A stretch of 64,000 nt of DNA from an uncultured virus (IMG/VR IMGVR_UViG_3300042301_004094) (Duplodnaviria; Heunggongvirae; Uroviricota; Caudoviricetes). Below the pieces are notes generated by a model, which was not told the DNA's origin, searched no databases, and saw only the letters and a list, made by a program, of their open reading frames with translations. The stretch lies in IMG/VR virus record IMGVR_UViG_3300042301_004094, positions 1 through 64,000 of that record; one strand, given 5' to 3'. Positions 57,397 to 64,000 of this stretch are shown one piece after another (the first letter of the stretch is position 1; each line of letters opens with the position of its first letter). The translations under genes were made by a program, and so were the position numbers.

Positions 57397-58425
57397 TTAA
57401 TTAAGAGAATTTATATAACCAAAAACTTCTGTAAGCCAATTATCTACATTCGGTATTGATTCTCCCAATTTATCATTTACATATATTTGGTGAAATAGAT
57501 ACTTATTTAATTCATATGAATCGTTAAAAGCATCTTTTACCAATTGTTTATTTTCAGGTGATAAGAAACTTCCATCTAAAGACATTAATTTTCTATTAAT
57601 TTCTAGTTGATGTCTTCTTTCTACTACTGACAGATACAATTTATTTTCATCTATTTTATTAGCAGATGACTCGATAATATCACTTAATTCTAATTTATTC
57701 TCACTGATTAATTCAGGAAATAATTTAAGTAACTTAACAGGTCCTAAGCCAGTAACCCCAGGAATGTTATCAGATTGGTCACCCATCAATATCTTGTAGT
57801 TAAGAAAATTATAACTACTAACACCGAATTCTTCTAATACATCTTTTGGTTTGTATACTTTCTTTTTAACTGGAGAATATACTTGTACTTTGTCTGAGAT
57901 TAATTGTAAGAAATCTTTGTCCGCAGACATGATTGTTACACTTGTTGTCTCATTATACGCCTGGAATTTATTTGATAAATAGCCAATAATATCATCTGCT
58001 TCCAAACCATCAATACTAATAACAGTAACTGGAAGGCATTTAAGATACTGAATCAATCTTGCCATCTGATTGTTTATACTCTCTGTTTCTTCTTCTTTTG
58101 AAGAGAAAATAGAATAATTTGTCATGCGATTAACATGACGATTTGCTTTATACTCAGGGTATAAGTTTCTTCTAGCATTCGAACCACCAACACCATCAAA
58201 TACAATTATCACTTTGGTTGGATTAAGCATTTTGATTGCATAACCAATTGATTTTAAAAATCCAGTTAGACCACCAATATGATGACCATTTGGATTAATG
58301 TGATTAATCATAGTAAACGACCTCAAGAATGTATTGAGGCCGTCTATGATTAAAATTGAGTCTAATTGTGTCCTAGTGTCTGGTTGAATACTTGAGATTA
58401 GATCAAAGTATTTATTCTTGGACAT
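57397..58425 (-). CDS. 5'-3' exonuclease / flap endonuclease (T4 RNase H-like)
   Basis: IDG.N, VFDG, YKANR, EADD, SADKDF.QL, GD.SDNIPGV.G.G. Confidence 0.93.
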   Translation of the reverse strand: MSKNKYFDLISSIQPDTRTQLDSILIIDGLNTFLRSFTMINHINPNGHHIGGLTGFLKSIGYAIKMLNPTKVIIVFDGVGGSNARRNLYPEYKANRHVNRMTNYSIFSSKEEETESINNQMARLIQYLKCLPVTVISIDGLEADDIIGYLSNKFQAYNETTSVTIMSADKDFLQLISDKVQVYSPVKKKVYKPKDVLEEFGVSSYNFLNYKILMGDQSDNIPGVTGLGPVKLLKLFPELISENKLELSDIIESSANKIDENKLYLSVVERRHQLEINRKLMSLDGSFLSPENKQLVKDAFNDSYELNKYLFHQIYVNDKLGESIPNVDNWLTEVFGYINSLN

Positions 58426-59503
58426 CTACTAAGTTTATTTCTTTAAAATTTTCTTCCATTTCATCCTCTTCAACAATATCAAAATCAGCTGATCCTAGAA
58501 TTTGGAGCCATTCATTTGAATGTTCTTTTTTATAATTATCAATTGCTTTTTTATCATCAGGGATGAAACCATGAACTGTCATTGTAACAGTACCTTTTGT
58601 TTGTACTCCAGTAACGTGATTTTTATCAGCAGATATCTTAGTACGTTTAGCAAATTCAACGTCTTTACCATCTTTAGTTGCTTTAATTTTGCTAGTACCA
58701 CTGTTTGATACATTACCAAAAGTAATTACAAAAGATGAATCGAAGAACATTGTATCACCACCTTTATTTTTTAACTTAGGTTGTTCCATAGGTGAATTTG
58801 GTTTTGCAACCCACACCTTATTAACTGCTACAAATGTATTTGTATACGGTTGATTTTCTTTACGAGATAAGATAATCTTTTGGTTGATAAAGTTACCAAA
58901 TGTTTGAGACATTGCTCCAGCATTCCACTCATTGTTATTTTTATTTGATTCAACAGATAATCTACAAGGAATTGATCCTACTGAGTCCCACAGGAATAGT
59001 AGATCAAATGGTAATTTCCCTGCTGCTTGTTCACTTAACAAATCAGCTACGAAAGCACCCACATCTTCAATTGTGTTTAATGAACCTCTATCTACATAAA
59101 GGAAAAAACCTTTATAATCAATAACTTCACCTGTTTCAGGATCAGCTACAGATGTTAGTTCAAAACCCATTTGTACAGCATGTTCCCAATTCCATTTCAT
59201 CTCAGTGATGATAAAAACTGGAAGTACACCCATTTTTTGTGCAGACACTGCTGCTTCAAGCATTGCTGTTGTTTTACCTGTATCTGAATGGCCTCGTAAC
59301 AGGGTTATATGGCCCATAGGAATACCAGGAATCGACAATACGTCTTGGAATGCTTTTGAAAGCGGGATCCACCTTTGTGGTTTAAATTTAACAGATTGAT
59401 CTAAGAATTTAGATTTCTTAAACGCATCAATGTTAAATGATTTCTTTAACGATTCGGATACAACCGTCGTTAAACTGTCTTTACTTTTAGCCATTTTAGC
59501 CAT
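58412..59503 (-). CDS. recA: RecA/UvsX-like recombinase
   Basis: GIPMG.IT..RGHSDTGKTT, WDSVGS, KGG. Confidence 0.88.
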   Translation of the reverse strand: MAKMAKSKDSLTTVVSESLKKSFNIDAFKKSKFLDQSVKFKPQRWIPLSKAFQDVLSIPGIPMGHITLLRGHSDTGKTTAMLEAAVSAQKMGVLPVFIITEMKWNWEHAVQMGFELTSVADPETGEVIDYKGFFLYVDRGSLNTIEDVGAFVADLLSEQAAGKLPFDLLFLWDSVGSIPCRLSVESNKNNNEWNAGAMSQTFGNFINQKIILSRKENQPYTNTFVAVNKVWVAKPNSPMEQPKLKNKGGDTMFFDSSFVITFGNVSNSGTSKIKATKDGKDVEFAKRTKISADKNHVTGVQTKGTVTMTVHGFIPDDKKAIDNYKKEHSNEWLQILGSADFDIVEEDEMEENFKEINLVDVQE

Positions 59504-59509
59504 TATTTA

Positions 59510-60328
59510 TTAATCATTAAATAGTGAATCAAACTTATCAGTTGCTGTTGCTCTTGGTTTTACATCCAAAGAGTAAGGTTGGATTGGAGAATTGAGTTCT
59601 TTCAAGAAATCATCTTCCTCATCCACAATTGATGTTGGAGTTGCTTCCGGAGTTGATTCATCTTCAGGAGATAGCCACTTCTGCAATATATCTTTTAATG
59701 CATCATAAGTGTACTTTCGATTAATAGATAAGATGTCGGGTTGTTCTTCTAATGATTTAGTTACAAGTGCAGCATCATCAGAGATTGGTGTGGATTTTGG
59801 TTTTGGTCTTAGAGTACATTTAATACCTTTTCTACCAGCAATTACATCTTCAATTGCTTCAACTGTAAAATCACGACCGTCTGTAATGTCTGTAAAATCA
59901 CCGTAATCTTCATCACTAGCGATACCCATTAATTGGTCATTAACTAATTTACCAACTTCCCATAGACGTACACCTTGACTCTCTTCACCGCGAACGATTA
60001 CTGGAGCAAAATAGCGTGTTTTAGGAGAAATTTTGTTGGCTAGAGTCCAATCATCTTTATCAGATGATTTACGTAGTTTCTTAGCAAAATCTGTGATTGG
60101 GTCTTCTTCACCCCAGTTACTTAGTGCTAAGATTGGTCCTTTTGAAAAACCATAGTGCATTTGAACTTCGCGCAATGGCCACTCTTTTCTAAAAGTGTTT
60201 GGGACGATTCTGATCTGGTGTTTACCTGCTTTTGGTTTCCAGAAAATTTTAGTGTAGTCGATTTTTTCACGACCTGCGCCTTTGTTGGCGTTCGCTTCAA
60301 GCTTCTGCTTGACAAAACTTAAATCCAT
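59510..60328 (-). CDS. single-stranded DNA-binding protein (gp32-like)
   Basis: FWKPK.G...IRIVP, D.TDGRDF, acidic C-terminus. Confidence 0.8.
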   Translation of the reverse strand: MDLSFVKQKLEANANKGAGREKIDYTKIFWKPKAGKHQIRIVPNTFRKEWPLREVQMHYGFSKGPILALSNWGEEDPITDFAKKLRKSSDKDDWTLANKISPKTRYFAPVIVRGEESQGVRLWEVGKLVNDQLMGIASDEDYGDFTDITDGRDFTVEAIEDVIAGRKGIKCTLRPKPKSTPISDDAALVTKSLEEQPDILSINRKYTYDALKDILQKWLSPEDESTPEATPTSIVDEEDDFLKELNSPIQPYSLDVKPRATATDKFDSLFND

Positions 60329-60374
60329 ATTGTTTTTGTTTTAATTGTAAGTCGTTCTATGAACGGAATATATT

Positions 60375-60407
60375 GTGAATCTATGATTCTAAATTTGGCC
60401 CTCCAAA
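60375..60407 (-). promoter_or_regulatory. class-1 phage promoter
   Basis: Sense TTTGGAGGGCCAAA...CATAGATTCAC. Confidence 0.55.
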
Positions 60408-60824
60408 CTATTTGTTGAAGTCTATTATCCTATGGATTGCTGTATCTAATCGACGTAGGCCAGGGCCATCTGTTAATAAAATACAATTTTTATAGTCATT
60501 CCAATTTACGATAAAGTTCTTGTCCATCACACCATTATTTAAAGTTCTTATTAAAGTATTAAGAGCATTAATGGTGTATAATGTATTTGATTCTTTTTTA
60601 CGATGTAACAAGATAGTATTGGCCATCGGTGCATCTTGTACGTTGCCCGAGTCAATATTATAAGTACACATCAATTCTTCGCTTTGTGGAGATTCAAGAA
60701 TGAATATCTTGTTAAAGAGAATAGCGTAACGACGATTGATTGTGTTAACTGTATTTTCCAAATCCAATGGAGTTGTAAATGTACAGAATAATTTGTTCAA
60801 GTCTAATTCGTTTAATTGTTCCAT
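60408..60824 (-). CDS. conserved hypothetical phage protein
   Basis: LFCTF...HRKKE.NTLYTINALN; within the replication block. Confidence 0.7.
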   Translation of the reverse strand: MEQLNELDLNKLFCTFTTPLDLENTVNTINRRYAILFNKIFILESPQSEELMCTYNIDSGNVQDAPMANTILLHRKKESNTLYTINALNTLIRTLNNGVMDKNFIVNWNDYKNCILLTDGPGLRRLDTAIHRIIDFNK

Positions 60825-60833
60825 AATAAATAT

Positions 60834-62123
60834 TTATATTTTCTCCAAACCGTGGTACGATTGGCCTTGTTTAATGGTTACTGGATATTTTAATGTATTT
60901 ATTATATCCGAAATTAATTCTTTATCTTCTTCACTATAATCAAATAAGAAAGCATCATAAGTATACAATACTAATTTTGTTTTTCTACCTTCTAATTCAT
61001 TTAATACTAATCTTAATAACCCAACATTGGTTGATGTTTCTTTACTTTGAATTATATAATTAAATAACTTTGATCGAGTCATATCAGCGTCAAACATAAA
61101 TATTTTATTATCTGTCACTAAATGCTTTCCATATTGGTACGTATCCCACATACCATCTATAAACATATCTACTTCTTTAAAGAAGGGTTTATTTTTATAT
61201 TCAGCCCAAACACCACCATACAATTGTTTGAATGTTAATTCTTTGGCTTCTTGTTGTGTTACGCCTAATATTTCACCCAGATATTCATATGTGTTTCTAT
61301 TTTTAGGAAATTCAAAACCTACTAATTCGCCAATTAATCGTGGATGATAACCCTGAAAATCAATTTCAATAAATTTATCATTTTCTGATTTAAAACAGGC
61401 GCGTTCACCATCATCTTTATTTAATGCTGCGAAATTAATGCTATTAAATGTATTAGATGGACGTGAAGTTGTGGTGTATAGATTATATTGAGTGTATATT
61501 CTACTGCGGTTTAAATTAAATTGTGGGGTTGTTAATTTCCCATTGTAATAATCGATGAAGCAGTTTTTATCGACCATTATGCCGTTTTTCTCAATATGAT
61601 AAAATACATCTGATGTATAGAAATTTTGGAATTGAAACGGTGTATCACCTAATGTGTGTTGTTTAATGACAGGTAATGCCATATCAAATATAGCCTCACA
61701 CATTTCATAATGTTTACTAATTGGTATTAGACAATTAACATTAGGTAATGAATAATGTTTGCTGTAATAATAATTAATGCAAGTATTGTCTAGTGATTTG
61801 ATATCAACATGTTCAATAAAATTTACATCATATAATTTATCAGACAGTGGATATAAGTAATGTAATGCTTTTTTCTTATCTAATGTCCATAATTTATCAG
61901 TGTTATTTAATAACCAATCAGTTAGTTCTGATTTGTTTATTCCAAATGATTCATTATGGTTTAGGCAAAATATGTACCCCTTTTTATCCTTAAGTGGCCT
62001 AAGATATATTAAACTTAACTCAGTAAGAGATGGATGGAAATTGTCATTGAATGGGATGAACCGAATGAAACAATCTCCAAATGCGCGAGGCAATTGCGAT
62101 GATTTTTCAACAATATAAAACAT
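60834..62123 (-). CDS. divergent, compact family A DNA polymerase-like protein
   Basis: IEKNGI, TTTSRPS, IDFQGYHPR (motif A), AKELTFKQLYG (motif B), NYIIQS, YTYDA (motif C). Confidence 0.75.
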   Translation of the reverse strand: MFYIVEKSSQLPRAFGDCFIRFIPFNDNFHPSLTELSLIYLRPLKDKKGYIFCLNHNESFGINKSELTDWLLNNTDKLWTLDKKKALHYLYPLSDKLYDVNFIEHVDIKSLDNTCINYYYSKHYSLPNVNCLIPISKHYEMCEAIFDMALPVIKQHTLGDTPFQFQNFYTSDVFYHIEKNGIMVDKNCFIDYYNGKLTTPQFNLNRSRIYTQYNLYTTTSRPSNTFNSINFAALNKDDGERACFKSENDKFIEIDFQGYHPRLIGELVGFEFPKNRNTYEYLGEILGVTQQEAKELTFKQLYGGVWAEYKNKPFFKEVDMFIDGMWDTYQYGKHLVTDNKIFMFDADMTRSKLFNYIIQSKETSTNVGLLRLVLNELEGRKTKLVLYTYDAFLFDYSEEDKELISDIINTLKYPVTIKQGQSYHGLEKI

Positions 62124-62166
62124 AACCTTTTTTTTGTAGACTTAAATGTAATATAAAAACTTTGAC

Positions 62167-62661
62167 TTAAAAAGTTTCTTCTTGAAGATAAAGTTTTATT
62201 CCAGGCATTTTTTTATCGGCCTGTTCTACTTCATCTATGTTAAAAGTTCCCCCTTTTCTAAAACCTCCTGTTACATCACAATTTAATACTACTGTTTGGT
62301 ATAAAGGATTATTTTTAACAGAATTATAAGTATCAATATTTATTTCTTTTATATAAACAGGAATAGTATGGATGTATTTAATAAAATATCTTAACACAAA
62401 CTTTTCATCAGTTGATATATTCCCTTCTTCATCTTCTTCAGGAATGACATCATTTAAATTAAAATAATATCCATTTACTTTATTATTTTTAACTAAACTA
62501 GATGCTAATATTAACTGTTTTGATCTTCCTGTATATACTTTTCCAGGATATGCTTTACCCTTCACCTCACAGTAATATCCTGTATAGGGGTTATAATTAG
62601 AATCTAAATATTTTTCCCCTGATGTATAATTTACTTTTGCTACATTTTTAGGTACTCTCAT
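62167..62661 (-). CDS. hypothetical protein
   Basis: YTSG...Y.GYY pattern. Confidence 0.65.
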   Translation of the reverse strand: MRVPKNVAKVNYTSGEKYLDSNYNPYTGYYCEVKGKAYPGKVYTGRSKQLILASSLVKNNKVNGYYFNLNDVIPEEDEEGNISTDEKFVLRYFIKYIHTIPVYIKEINIDTYNSVKNNPLYQTVVLNCDVTGGFRKGGTFNIDEVEQADKKMPGIKLYLQEETF

Positions 62662-64000
62662 TATAAATTTTTAAGTATATACTGTTTAATTGTTTGTCCT
62701 TCAGATGGGGCTTTTGTAGCACGTCCTTTTGAATCTTTTGGAGCAATTTCACCATGTCCAAAGATTTGACTCTTTTTAAATCCTAAAAAGTGTATAAGGC
62801 GTGCTGCTGCTATCACCTGAACTGGTAATACATCTGCATCATTTAGTGCTACTACCTCTACTCCTATTGATTTACCATTATAATTTCCAGCATGCCATCC
62901 TTTAGCTCCATCTGGCATAAATCTATAAATTCCTCCATCCCTTCCAATTACATATTGTGCTGGTAGGCCCCTATCATAAAAAGTTCTGTATGTGTGTATT
63001 GATCCTTCACGTCCGTCTCTTCCAGTGCTACCCGCAGTGTGGTGAACTACAAATGCTGTTGGGGGTGAGGAAATAGTACCTAAATTAAATCTATTTAATT
63101 TTGTATCATCAATAATTCCCGCTTCTGTTAATAGCGGTATTTTTTGTTTTGATAAATCTATATCTGATGTTCCTTTAATAAATTTGTAATTTGGATAGTA
63201 TTTAGAGAAATTTTGAGTTGATACTGCTTCTCCTACTTTAACTAAAGTCCCTCCTTCTGCATTTTTTACATTTTCTTTCCATGTTCCAGTACCATCTGTG
63301 TAGTTAGAACTTCTTAATCCTCCACCACCATTTCTAACTTTAGCAGTAGCACTAGTAACTCTACTTCCTTGTAAAGTAACATCAAATAAATCTACTTCTT
63401 CACCATCTGGGTCTTCTAGAATAATTGTTTGTCCCTCTAATTTAGTTGTCCAACCACTGTCATTAATTGTATGTCCTATACCTGTTAAAATATATCCTAA
63501 TCTTCTACCAACTTCACCATCAGTTTTATATCCTTTAGGAAGTAAATCTGGGTGGATATTAAACATATGTCCTATAATTAGATTTGATATACCATCTATT
63601 TCTAATGATAGTTTTGTTGGGATAATTGCTTTAAATTTAATTGGATTTGCAGACAATGCTCTAAAAATTGCTATAACATCTCTAAGAGCACCTTCATATT
63701 TAGATGCTTCAGTTACTTCAAAATCTGCTTCAAAATCACCAATCCAGCTTTTACCCATCCAACTAATAAATTCATATATAGGTAATAAATTAGTTAATAA
63801 ATTTTCTAATTGAATAGCAGTGCTATCATCAGCACTCGTTGTATTCATAGCATTTATTTTTTTCTTTAAACGGTCTTTTACACCTTGGTTAAAACCAACC
63901 ATAGTATCATTTTCTAAGCCTAATTGACCACCCCCTGTTTGGGCTCCTATTGCTACGATAGAAGATTGTTCAGAAAATATTTGTGATTCTAATGAATAAT
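62661..64000 (-). CDS. large protein with C-terminal N-acetylmuramoyl-L-alanine amidase-like domain (5' end outside window; possibly virion/tail-associated)
   Basis: VVHHTAG, WHAG..N..SIGVE, FGH; frame stays open from 63902 to the window edge. Confidence 0.75.
   Translation of the reverse strand, partial: YSLESQIFSEQSSIVAIGAQTGGGQLGLENDTMVGFNQGVKDRLKKKINAMNTTSADDSTAIQLENLLTNLLPIYEFISWMGKSWIGDFEADFEVTEASKYEGALRDVIAIFRALSANPIKFKAIIPTKLSLEIDGISNLIIGHMFNIHPDLLPKGYKTDGEVGRRLGYILTGIGHTINDSGWTTKLEGQTIILEDPDGEEVDLFDVTLQGSRVTSATAKVRNGGGGLRSSNYTDGTGTWKENVKNAEGGTLVKVGEAVSTQNFSKYYPNYKFIKGTSDIDLSKQKIPLLTEAGIIDDTKLNRFNLGTISSPPTAFVVHHTAGSTGRDGREGSIHTYRTFYDRGLPAQYVIGRDGGIYRFMPDGAKGWHAGNYNGKSIGVEVVALNDADVLPVQVIAAARLIHFLGFKKSQIFGHGEIAPKDSKGRATKAPSEGQTIKQYILKNL

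Noticed and set aside
42942..59503. Inteins or group I introns in polB, nrdA, helicase or recA
   Set aside because: Proteins are of normal or compact length with contiguous motifs
887..62118. All plus-strand ORFs in the ORF track
   Set aside because: They are antisense shadows of well-supported minus-strand genes or tRNAs and show no recognisable motifs
1..64000. Stop-codon reassignment
   Set aside because: Conserved genes are full length in the standard code, TAG and TGA end genes, and no suppressor tRNA was found

Overview
A 64-kb segment of a large AT-rich tailed-phage genome. Every credible gene is on the minus strand. The host is inferred to be Bacteroidota from -33/-7-type promoter motifs, A-rich leaders lacking Shine-Dalgarno sites, a DUF4494 gene, T9SS-CTD-like lipoproteins and the tmRNA 5' end. 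In coordinate order: (1) 1-16 kb, small accessory genes, many with their own repeated promoter/leader cassette, including an AT-hook protein beside an A-tract region, DNA ligase, DUF932, an AdoMetDC-like protein, a secreted nuclease and a phosphoesterase; (2) 16-25 kb, a block of exported proteins (two cohesin/dockerin-like proteins, one with a C-type lectin domain, CsgG-like proteins, lipoproteins, a putative beta-barrel); (3) 25-27 kb, tmRNA, five tRNAs, a 159-nt tRNA-like RNA and a structured spacer; (4) 27-36 kb, ClpP-like protease, glycosyl- and methyltransferases; (5) 36-46 kb, T4-like clamp loader, clamp and family B polymerase with GroEL/GroES/Hsp20; (6) 46-52 kb, a 7-deazaguanine cluster (folE, queD, queE, queC, DpdA/TGT-like) with a phosphoribosyltransferase; (7) 53-64 kb, RNR, thioredoxin, helicase, 5'-3' exonuclease, RecA-like, SSB, a divergent family A polymerase and a truncated amidase-domain protein. 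All calls come from reading motifs by eye; no database searches or folding programs were run.
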